DNA of 64,000 nt from a virus, in the IMG/VR virus record IMGVR_UViG_3300007708_000003, positions 1-64,000 of that record. One strand, written 5' to 3'. Shown here in pieces: positions 9,672 through 17,110 of the stretch (its first letter is position 1; each line of letters starts with the position of its first letter). The translations under genes and the position numbers were made by a program. The notes under the pieces were generated by a model. That model ran no database searches. It saw only the letters and a list, made by a program, of their open reading frames with translations, and was not told the origin of the DNA.

Positions 9672-10218
9672 CACTTATAAAAACAGATATGGTGATGTAT
9701 TTACCTTTACAAGAGATGAGAATCATGATATTCTCTGGGAAGGCAACTTTGAATATTGTAGAACTGGTATGCCTAACGACTATACAAGGGCATATGCAGC
9801 ATATCTAAAAGACAATGAACATGTTCAATCTTTGATGCCATTTCAACAATTTAAAGATGCTGTACATGAGTATGATGATGAAACACATCAGTACATTTAT
9901 GATAAGTATGTAAGGATGGTTGACTCACTGAAAGATGAGATTGATATGGTTGATCCAAGTGGTGGACCTTATATTACTAGAGGTATGTCAATGGACAGCT
10001 TTGGATTCAAGAACTATGTGGTAAAAGACTTCAAGCCTGTTGATACAGGAATCAAGATTATTACAGAGAAATGTGCTTATTGTAATCAAGCAGCTGGAAT
10101 ACATAAGATGGGATGTGAAACTAGAAAGATGACTGTTTTTCTTGATGATCAAGTTAAAGACTATTATGACCAGATGGATAAAGAAGTGCATCAGAATAGA
10201 GCAAATTTGAATGAATGA
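9664..10218 (+). CDS. Hypothetical protein
   Basis: 184-aa ORF with overlaps at both ends; MVDPSGGPY motif; C-terminal CAYC..H..C. Confidence 0.7.
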   Translation: MNSTYKNRYGDVFTFTRDENHDILWEGNFEYCRTGMPNDYTRAYAAYLKDNEHVQSLMPFQQFKDAVHEYDDETHQYIYDKYVRMVDSLKDEIDMVDPSGGPYITRGMSMDSFGFKNYVVKDFKPVDTGIKIITEKCAYCNQAAGIHKMGCETRKMTVFLDDQVKDYYDQMDKEVHQNRANLNE

Positions 10219-11066
10219 AAATAATAAATCAAAAAACCAGAACTCTTAAGACAAGAGATAATGGGAGAAGTAGCGACGCTGTTTCTCCCAATTTTATTTA
10301 TGGCTGTTTAGGTGGCTGTATGAAATCCTACTGTTATGTGGGTAGATTCAATACTGACAAAGTTTATCTTAATGATAACACAGGTGATATACTTTCATCT
10401 ATACTTCAATGGGCAGAACCACAGCCTATGCCTAAAATACCTAATCAGGTTGATGACAAATATTACTGTATAGATATTGGATGTAGCACTGATGTACCTT
10501 TACATAGTAAACATTACAACTGGCAAAGTGTATTTGATTTCTTCAATGTACATCCTAAGTTAAAATCAACATTTGCCACTAAGTATCCTACTAAGTTTCC
10601 AATAGACAAGTATAGCTTGACACTTGGTAAACATAGAATAAGAGTAAGTCTTATGCCTCAGAAGTATGCAAATATACTAGAACCTAATACTGATAGTATT
10701 GCTGATAGAATTGCAATGATTCCTAAGCTGCAAGAAAAGATGGAAGTACATATTAACTTTAGTCCTATCATATATCATGAAGGATGGCTTGATGAGTATA
10801 GAGATCTTTTTGAAATGCTAAAAGCTGCAGGTATAGATGTTAAGTGTGAATGTATATTTTTGACGTATAATGACACATCTTATAAAAATGCAGGTGATGA
10901 TGTAAATGTATTATGCTGGAAACCAGAAATTCAAGAATACAAAAATTCAAAATATGCAGATGACAACATTAGATATAAGCATGAACTTAAAGCAATAATG
11001 ATTGCTGAGTTTAAAACATTATATTCAGAGTATTTTGATCCTAAAAACATTAGATATATTTTTTAA
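10215..11066 (+). CDS. Spore photoproduct lyase-like radical SAM protein
   Basis: YGCLGGCMKSYCYV cluster motif, DIGCSTD, FATKY, RIRVSLMPQ, EPNT...RI, HINFSPII, RYK pattern of the SplB family. Confidence 0.8.
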   Translation: MKIINQKTRTLKTRDNGRSSDAVSPNFIYGCLGGCMKSYCYVGRFNTDKVYLNDNTGDILSSILQWAEPQPMPKIPNQVDDKYYCIDIGCSTDVPLHSKHYNWQSVFDFFNVHPKLKSTFATKYPTKFPIDKYSLTLGKHRIRVSLMPQKYANILEPNTDSIADRIAMIPKLQEKMEVHINFSPIIYHEGWLDEYRDLFEMLKAAGIDVKCECIFLTYNDTSYKNAGDDVNVLCWKPEIQEYKNSKYADDNIRYKHELKAIMIAEFKTLYSEYFDPKNIRYIF

Positions 11067-11083
11067 CACAAAACAAAAACACA

Positions 11084-11359
11084 ATGAAAAAACAAATATT
11101 TGTAGATGGTGAATACCATTATGACTATGAAAAAAATGGTATGATACATACATTATCATTTCCTAATATAGAATATTGGAGCAGTCATATAAGAGGTGAA
11201 GTAGCTCTTGTAATAAAAGATGATGGTAATGGGTATTCAATACAAACACCATTAAAAAAAAGTGATATAGATTATGCTGAAGCAGAAAGACTTGAGATAC
11301 TTTTAAGAATTTTAAATGAAGGTCCTATATATGAAATAGGCACTAAAGAATCTCTATGA
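11084..11359 (+). CDS. Hypothetical protein
   Basis: 91-aa ORF with A-rich leader. Confidence 0.7.
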   Translation: MKKQIFVDGEYHYDYEKNGMIHTLSFPNIEYWSSHIRGEVALVIKDDGNGYSIQTPLKKSDIDYAEAERLEILLRILNEGPIYEIGTKESL

Positions 11360-11547
11360 GAGTAATAGTAAATCTGGTGCACAAGCAAGAAGAAGATAAA
11401 GGTTGTGCGTATATATACTTATATGAAGAAGGATGTGGTGTAGAACCCCATGAACCTTTTGAAGAGTTTGATTCTTTACGCGAAGCATTGAGGCATAATA
11501 GAGGTGCAACAGTGATGAGGTATCCTGGTAAAGATGACATGTGGTAA
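11356..11547 (+). CDS. Hypothetical protein
   Basis: 63-aa ORF, ATGA overlap with previous gene, ends just before a terminator. Confidence 0.55.
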   Translation: MRVIVNLVHKQEEDKGCAYIYLYEEGCGVEPHEPFEEFDSLREALRHNRGATVMRYPGKDDMW

Positions 11548-11551
11548 AATA

Positions 11552-11578
11552 GAAAAACCCCCAGGAATGGGGGTCTTT
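11552..11578. terminator. Bidirectional Rho-independent terminator between convergent replication and lysis units
   Basis: AAAA-ACCCCCA-ggaa-TGGGGGT-CTTT; GNRA loop, A/T tracts on both sides. Confidence 0.8.
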
Positions 11579-11623
11579 CAACAGAAGAGAGAAGAAATCA
11601 ACTAACATTAAAGAACAGTTGTT

Positions 11624-12040
11624 TTATATTTTTGCAAGTTGGAAATGCATTCCATCCTTACGTGTCCATGTACCTCCCCAATCAAAACCTGCATCTGTAA
11701 AACATTTTACAAATCCTGCAGATAATACTGGTGTTTTACCAAGACCATTCCATGCTGCATTAACATCTATGGCAATTCCCCATGAATGTAATGACATTGA
11801 AGTCAAACCTCTCATCTTTCTTATATTAAAACATCCATCCCATGTTTTTAACTCTTTTACAAACCCTGTTGCTATAAGATTTTTAAATGCTTGCGTGAGT
11901 GGCGCAACCATATCTTTGTTACAGTATAATCTTTTAGGAATAACTCCTACTTCTAATTCAGCTGGTATATCCCATAGAATCATACTAGATTCTTTAGTAG
12001 GATCACCATACTTTTTTAAACATTGTGCACTTGTTACCAT
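11624..12040 (-). CDS. Endolysin, M15-family peptidase (L-Ala-D-Glu type)
   Basis: GCFNIR, SLHSWGIAIDVN, WGGTW..KDGMHFQL zinc-ligand motifs. Confidence 0.9.
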   Translation of the reverse strand: MVTSAQCLKKYGDPTKESSMILWDIPAELEVGVIPKRLYCNKDMVAPLTQAFKNLIATGFVKELKTWDGCFNIRKMRGLTSMSLHSWGIAIDVNAAWNGLGKTPVLSAGFVKCFTDAGFDWGGTWTRKDGMHFQLAKI

Positions 12041-12046
12041 TGGTTA

Positions 12047-12670
12047 TTATTTTTTATTTAAGTTGATTTTCCAGTATGTACCAACACCAAATATCAATGT
12101 ACCATCAAAATTTATACCAACATTAGCTTGGAAGATTCTATCTTTCCTGTCTTTATATAATAATCCAGGAGTAAATGATTGTAGGGTTTTCTTGTCACCA
12201 AACAAATTACCTCCTATATACAACTGTCTTTTAGGATCTGGTTGTTTTATAATTGTAACTGTTTTAGTAATAAGAGGTATTTTATAATCTTTAATGTAAG
12301 TTCTTTTACCAAGTTTGTTTAACCAAACAGTGTCAATCACTGTTATAGTTCCAAGACTGTCTAAAGCTATTGTATCTTTGTATGTTCTTCTTGCTATGTG
12401 TTGTTTTAGCAAGTAATTGAATCTTGCTCTACACGTATCTATATTTTCACCTGGAGTGTACTCAGGACCTTCTGGTTTAACATATTGTATTTTAACAACC
12501 TTTACTTCTTTTGTAATAGTGTCGTGAGTTTCTTTCCATACTGTATCATATTTTGTTATAACAATTGGTTCCTCACTAGTTGATACAGAAGAACAAGACC
12601 TTTGCAATAAGATTACTGCAACAAGTATAGCTATAATTATGTAAGTAAAGTTAATTTTTGATTTCATCAT
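12047..12670 (-). CDS. Putative spanin-like lysis protein
   Basis: Between holin and endolysin; N-terminal hydrophobic helix ending LLQRSC; beta-rich C-terminus ending GVGTYWKINLNKK. Confidence 0.5.
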   Translation of the reverse strand: MMKSKINFTYIIIAILVAVILLQRSCSSVSTSEEPIVITKYDTVWKETHDTITKEVKVVKIQYVKPEGPEYTPGENIDTCRARFNYLLKQHIARRTYKDTIALDSLGTITVIDTVWLNKLGKRTYIKDYKIPLITKTVTIIKQPDPKRQLYIGGNLFGDKKTLQSFTPGLLYKDRKDRIFQANVGINFDGTLIFGVGTYWKINLNKK

Positions 12671-13088
12671 AGTCAGTTGATACTTCTTTTGCTCTCTTAA
12701 TAAAGTTTTTTAATGTTTTCCAAATGTCAATATTTAAAGCTTTTTCTATATTTTCTTTAATTGATGTTAATTCTACAAGAATAACTGCTACACATGCTAT
12801 TTTTGTTGCAAAATAGTGAATTGATATTAACTGAAACAGTAATTCATTTAACAAAAACTTGTCAATTGGAAAGAGTGCAATTATACATATTTCATATAAA
12901 ACCATCTTACTTATGATGTTAGAAAGTTGCCTGCTTCTTATAGAACGCCATCCTTTAAGTTTTACACTTTTATAAATTCCTGTAAAAGTATCTAGTATAA
13001 CAGCAATTCCTACAGCCATCACTAATCCATTTATTGGACTAAAAAAAAGTAATAATCCTGCAATAAAGTTTGAAAAAAAAGTTTTCAT
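12651..13088 (-). CDS. Holin (phage holin 4/TcdE-like)
   Basis: Multiple TM segments; LDTFTGIYKS, SRQLSNIISK and ELTSIKENI motifs; start placed at MKTFF. Confidence 0.8.
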   Translation of the reverse strand: MKTFFSNFIAGLLLFFSPINGLVMAVGIAVILDTFTGIYKSVKLKGWRSIRSRQLSNIISKMVLYEICIIALFPIDKFLLNELLFQLISIHYFATKIACVAVILVELTSIKENIEKALNIDIWKTLKNFIKRAKEVSTDYDEIKN

Positions 13089-13141
13089 GAAAAATATACA
13101 TATAATCAATAATAAAATAAAAACATCATGCTCCCTTCTCT

Positions 13142-13153
13142 ATTATAATATAC
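13142..13153 (-). promoter_or_regulatory. Candidate phage late promoter motif GTATATTATAAT
   Basis: Exact 12-mer shared with 21100-21111; both are intergenic and upstream of minus-strand late genes. Confidence 0.45.
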
Positions 13154-13190
13154 TAATTTTTAAACAATAATTTAAACTTTAACTATTAAA

Positions 13191-13228
13191 AATTGCATAA
13201 TTGACAAGTTATTATCAATTTTGCAGTT
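13191..13228. repeat. Imperfect 17-bp inverted repeat in divergent intergenic region
   Basis: AATTGCATAATTGACAA-gtta-TTATCAATTTTGCAGTT (14/17 Watson-Crick pairs plus one G.T). Confidence 0.6.
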
Positions 13229-13251
13229 CTCACTTTTAAAATTATAAAACC

Positions 13252-13419
13252 ATGAACACAGACCTCCTTGATGAATTGATCAACAAGATCAGTAAGATAG
13301 ACCACAAGCTTTTTTTGTTACAATGTAAAGGTTCTAATGATGAACAATTAGTTGATAAAAAAAGAGCACTTTTAAAAGAATATTTTGAACTTAAAAAACA
13401 AAAAAATGACAAAAACTGA
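13252..13419 (+). CDS. Small hypothetical protein (55 aa, not in ORF track)
   Basis: MNTDLLDELINKISKIDHKLFLLQCKGSNDEQLVDKKRALLKEYFELKKQKNDKN*; A-rich leader; overlaps next start. Confidence 0.55.
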   Translation: MNTDLLDELINKISKIDHKLFLLQCKGSNDEQLVDKKRALLKEYFELKKQKNDKN

Positions 13420-13852
13420 TAAAATCAATTTACTTAAAGAAAGAGTTAATGCATTCTTTAAAGTAGACATAACAACAAAATCAAGAGAAAATGATGAAGT
13501 ATATGCACGAGCTGTATATTATCATATTTGTAAAATTCTTGATTCTACAATGACAACTGGAGCTATAGGAAACACTGTTAACAGAAGTCATTCTACTGTA
13601 ATATATACACTTAACAAGTTTAAAATTGCATATGAATATGATAAAAAGTTTAAACAAGTCTATGATGATTTTATAGCAGAAAATCCAGTTTATTTAAAAG
13701 AATACTTGTCAAAAAGAAGAAATACAAAAGACATAGTAAACATCATTGATTTTATATGCAGCTTAGACATTATAGAAAGAATGAATTTTATAAATGACGT
13801 AGAAAAATTAAAATTAACTTATAAACACCCAGTATATGAAGGAGTTCTATGA
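13406..13852 (+). CDS. DnaA domain IV-like helix-turn-helix DNA-binding protein
   Basis: KSRENDEVYARAVYYHIC...TTGAIGNTVNRSHSTVIY resembles the DnaA C-terminal signature (R...IG...RDHSTV); no AAA+ domain. Confidence 0.7.
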   Translation: MTKTDKINLLKERVNAFFKVDITTKSRENDEVYARAVYYHICKILDSTMTTGAIGNTVNRSHSTVIYTLNKFKIAYEYDKKFKQVYDDFIAENPVYLKEYLSKRRNTKDIVNIIDFICSLDIIERMNFINDVEKLKLTYKHPVYEGVL

Positions 13853-14459
13853 TTTTTTAATTAAAAATGAACTAACACCAAATGCTCACTATGTCTTATA
13901 TTGTATGGTTTATAATATACCTATTGTAGGTATACCTTATACTTTAGAACAATACAAGCTTTCATTAAATGACTATGTTAATGAACATATAGCTGAAGAC
14001 AAAACTATATTTTATACTATTACAGCAAAAGCTGCACATGTTATACATGAATCAGAGGTTTACATCTGTAACATTAAAACTGTTAAAAAAGTAAACAAAG
14101 TTGATTTTAAAGATTGGGAAGATAAAATTAAACAATACAATGAATTATTTCCTAAAGGTAAAAAAGAAGGTAGTAGCATTTCTTTTAGAACTAATCCTAA
14201 AGAGCTATATGAAAAGTTCAAATGGTTTTTTCAGGAGTATCCTGAATATGATTGGGATATGGTATTAGCAGCTACTGAAAAATATATAAAAGTATTTGAA
14301 GAGTCAAATGATTACACATACATGCAGACTTCTAAGTATTTTATCAAAAAAGATGACAAAAATAGAGTAACTACATCCACACTTTCTACACATTGTTATA
14401 ATATAGCAGAAGGAAATGATGAAGAATTGTCAACAGGAACTTATTATTTTGGACCATAA
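13836..14459 (+). CDS. Hypothetical protein, possible replication initiator/helicase-loader-like
   Basis: 207 aa; YNELFP...KFKWFF...ATEKYI...YMQTSKYFI pattern reminiscent of phage replisome-organiser C-terminal domains. Confidence 0.45.
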   Translation: MKEFYDFLIKNELTPNAHYVLYCMVYNIPIVGIPYTLEQYKLSLNDYVNEHIAEDKTIFYTITAKAAHVIHESEVYICNIKTVKKVNKVDFKDWEDKIKQYNELFPKGKKEGSSISFRTNPKELYEKFKWFFQEYPEYDWDMVLAATEKYIKVFEESNDYTYMQTSKYFIKKDDKNRVTTSTLSTHCYNIAEGNDEELSTGTYYFGP

Positions 14460-14680
14460 TGAAAACAATTATACACGTAAATCAACATGTAATAAAAGCT
14501 AACAGGAAGAATGGGGTCAATAATCCTATTTTAACTGTTAAAACTTACAAGGATAACAAGTATGCTCATGAAGTTGAGATATTAGGTCCTAGTAAGATAG
14601 TGTATGAACCAGACAAACCACTTAGTTGTGGTGCTCATGTTTGGATTGAAACACAAAGTGAAGTTAATATTATACTATAA
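14459..14680 (+). CDS. Small conserved phage hypothetical protein
   Basis: MKTIIHVNQHVIKAN...KPLSCGAHVWIET; coupled start. Confidence 0.7.
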   Translation: MKTIIHVNQHVIKANRKNGVNNPILTVKTYKDNKYAHEVEILGPSKIVYEPDKPLSCGAHVWIETQSEVNIIL

Positions 14681-14707
14681 AAGAGGGAGCTTAATGCTCC
14701 CTTTTTT
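14681..14707. terminator. Bidirectional Rho-independent terminator
   Basis: AAG-AGGGAGC-ttaat-GCTCCCT-TTTTT between convergent genes. Confidence 0.8.
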
Positions 14708-14840
14708 AATTACCTTGACCTCTATATAACTTTTTATAGTTTTTAGAAGTCTTTAAAGATGATGTTCCTTTTTTAGAATGAACACCAGGTCTTTTTACTC
14801 TTTCTCTAGGTTTAAATGTGCTTGTCTGTACTTTTGCCAT
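14706..14840 (-). CDS. Small very basic protein (44 aa, not in ORF track)
   Basis: MAKVQTSTFKPRERVKRPGVHSKKGTSSLKTSKNYKKLYRGQGN*; fills the gap before the terminator. Confidence 0.7.
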   Translation of the reverse strand: MAKVQTSTFKPRERVKRPGVHSKKGTSSLKTSKNYKKLYRGQGN

Positions 14841-14857
14841 TGATCAAAAATTATATA

Positions 14858-15148
14858 TTATGTGTTACTTGTTATTGCTAAAAATTCTTGTTCAGTAAGT
14901 TTCTTTTTTACTTCTTCACGTATAAAATTTTCTAAGTCTAATTCTCCTGCTGCTTTTATTTCTTTTTCATAAAATTCAATACCTTCACCTGTAAGTTTTA
15001 CGGATTCTAAATAATCTCTATAATCTCTAGCGTCTTGGTGTTCAATAAAAGAAACCTCTGTATCATCCATGTAAACTCTAAAATTTACATTTTGATTATT
15101 AACTGTAGTTTGTACAGTTATGTATTTAATTACTGTATATGTTTTCAT
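14858..15148 (-). CDS. Hypothetical protein (tail-fibre-associated)
   Basis: Start placed at MKTYTV, just after the upstream stop; 96 aa. Confidence 0.7.
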   Translation of the reverse strand: MKTYTVIKYITVQTTVNNQNVNFRVYMDDTEVSFIEHQDARDYRDYLESVKLTGEGIEFYEKEIKAAGELDLENFIREEVKKKLTEQEFLAITSNT

Positions 15149-15152
15149 AATT

Positions 15153-16598
15153 TTAATATAATAATATTCTAAATAATTCTGTATTTGCAGGTCTTTGACT
15201 ATATAGCCAAACAAGCTTATCTACTCCTGATTCTTGGTATTTTTTAATAGCCATTCTATGTCCTTGTAGTCCTGAACCATCGGGGAATATATTAGTTGTT
15301 AAAGGAGCAGTGAATCCTGTTACAACATCTAACGAAATATACCTATTAGTAACACCTAATTTATAAATAATTAAATTATTATATACTACTGCACAACTTC
15401 CAGACTGTGTATTAGTTGATGGTTCTGCAGTGCCTGATAAATTTAAAGTTGCCCACGACCCTGCTCCTGCTGTACCTCCTGCTATATCAAATCTTTCCAT
15501 TTGATTAAAAATAGCAGTACCTTTAAAACTCTAAATATATCTGCCATCTTGAATATTACTCTCATTAGCCCAATTTGCATCTCCTGTTTTGCCAATCCAA
15601 TTTGCAGAAATTCCTTGCGATGGTGCTGCTCCAGCTCTAGCCACAGTAGGCGACATTGTAGTCCACGTATTAGCAGAAATAGAATATCTATACATTGTAA
15701 TTGCATTATTACCTAATAGATAAAGAAAATCGTCATTGCCTGCAATTTCATATTGACTTGTAGCATCAGGATTAGTAGTCCAAGCACTTGAAGTTGTAAT
15801 TACTGTTGCAGTATTACTAGCAATAGTTCTTACTTGTCCTATTCCTGTTCCTGCTATAATTCTAATTTGGTAATTTGTCCATTGATTGACTGTCCAAGTC
15901 TTTGCACTATTTGTAATAGTACTTGCTCCTCCTGCTGTTGCTGTACCTGATGCAAATACATCATTACTAGGTGTAGCAATTAATCTACACTCTTGAGATG
16001 TAGTAGGCAATCCTGTAAAAGCTAAAGTAGTATACACCCCTGTTAAAGGGTCATAACTTCTAAACACTCCTGATGAAGCAGCTCCATTCCCCATAATATA
16101 AAACAATCCTGTATCAATTCTAAATGTGTCTGTATTAACAACAGCACTTGGTAAAGCTGCAAAAGTTATAGTAGAGGTTCCTCCTAAATTAATTACAACA
16201 TCTGTAATAACTCTATCTATTCCTATATTTGCCGCTGTTCCTGTTGCAAATCTTATAATTCTTCCTTTACATATTCCTGTTATAGCTGCAGTAGTTGTAA
16301 CAGTGGTTGTGCTTCCTCCTGTTGCTGTAATTGAGTTACTCCATCTAGCTAGTTCACCACAAGCTCCAACCCCAAAAGCAGAAAGAGCAGGAGAAGGTAA
16401 AGTTATACTAGAGTCTTGACTATATGTTGACAATATAGCTGTTGTTGTGCCTACTATTGTTAAAAAATAATCATATACACCCCTTTGGTCAGAGATAATG
16501 TTAGAACCTGACAAATTTGTAGTAACAGGTAATGGATTCATTTGTTGCCATTCTTTTTTATGGACACCTGCTATGTTGTTATTAATTGCTGTTGGCAT
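15153..16598 (-). pseudogene. Tail/receptor-binding beta-rich protein interrupted by one in-frame TAG at 15531-15533
   Basis: ORFs 15531-16598 and 15153-15500 are in the same frame: QDGRYI*SFKGTAIFNQMERFDIAG; Thr/Gly-rich with kelch-like YRYSISANTWTT repeats. Confidence 0.7.
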
Positions 16599-16600
16599 AA

Positions 16601-17107
16601 TTATGTTATTTTTATATTGTTAATATTAGATTGAATTGCTAATTGATTTCCTATATTTGGAATAAGAGATGTAGCCGCTACACTTCCTATTTGTACTATA
16701 TTAGTAAGTGAATTTATAGAACTTACTGAATTTATTTGTGAATTAGTGTCTAAAATAACTCTTAACATACCACCTGTTGTACTTCTAAGTGAAGTTAATA
16801 TATTATTTATAGATTCTGTATTGGCTGCCGTATCTTGTAATGCATAATCTAAAGAAGGGTCATCATATATAAACTGTAATTCATTAGTACTTGCTTGAGC
16901 TGTTGTATCAAACTGAAGAGTAAGAATATCTGTAGTTGAATTATATGATGTGTATCCTGCTGTTGTTGATGCAGTAGAGTATATTATCAATCCATTGGTT
17001 TGATTTATAATAGCGTAAAGTCTATTTATATCAAAATATGGAATATTTGTTTTAATCTGCTTTAGAGCAGGAGTAAAAATGTAACTTGGTGTTATTATTG
17101 TTTTCAT
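16601..17107 (-). CDS. Tail-fibre-associated structural protein
   Basis: 168 aa; YIFTPA...RLYAIINQTNGLIIY...LQFIYD; tightly packed behind the fibre gene. Confidence 0.6.
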   Translation of the reverse strand: MKTIITPSYIFTPALKQIKTNIPYFDINRLYAIINQTNGLIIYSTASTTAGYTSYNSTTDILTLQFDTTAQASTNELQFIYDDPSLDYALQDTAANTESINNILTSLRSTTGGMLRVILDTNSQINSVSSINSLTNIVQIGSVAATSLIPNIGNQLAIQSNINNIKIT

Positions 17108-17110
17108 ATT

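Noticed and set aside
11619-12287. 222-aa plus-strand ORF opposite the lysis genes, and the many other short antisense ORFs in the track
   Set aside because: Shadow frames of well-supported genes, with no motifs and atypical composition
13110-13250. tRNA or structured ncRNA in the largest intergenic gap
   Set aside because: Extremely AT-rich, with no cloverleaf or T-loop consensus; only the inverted repeat is supportable
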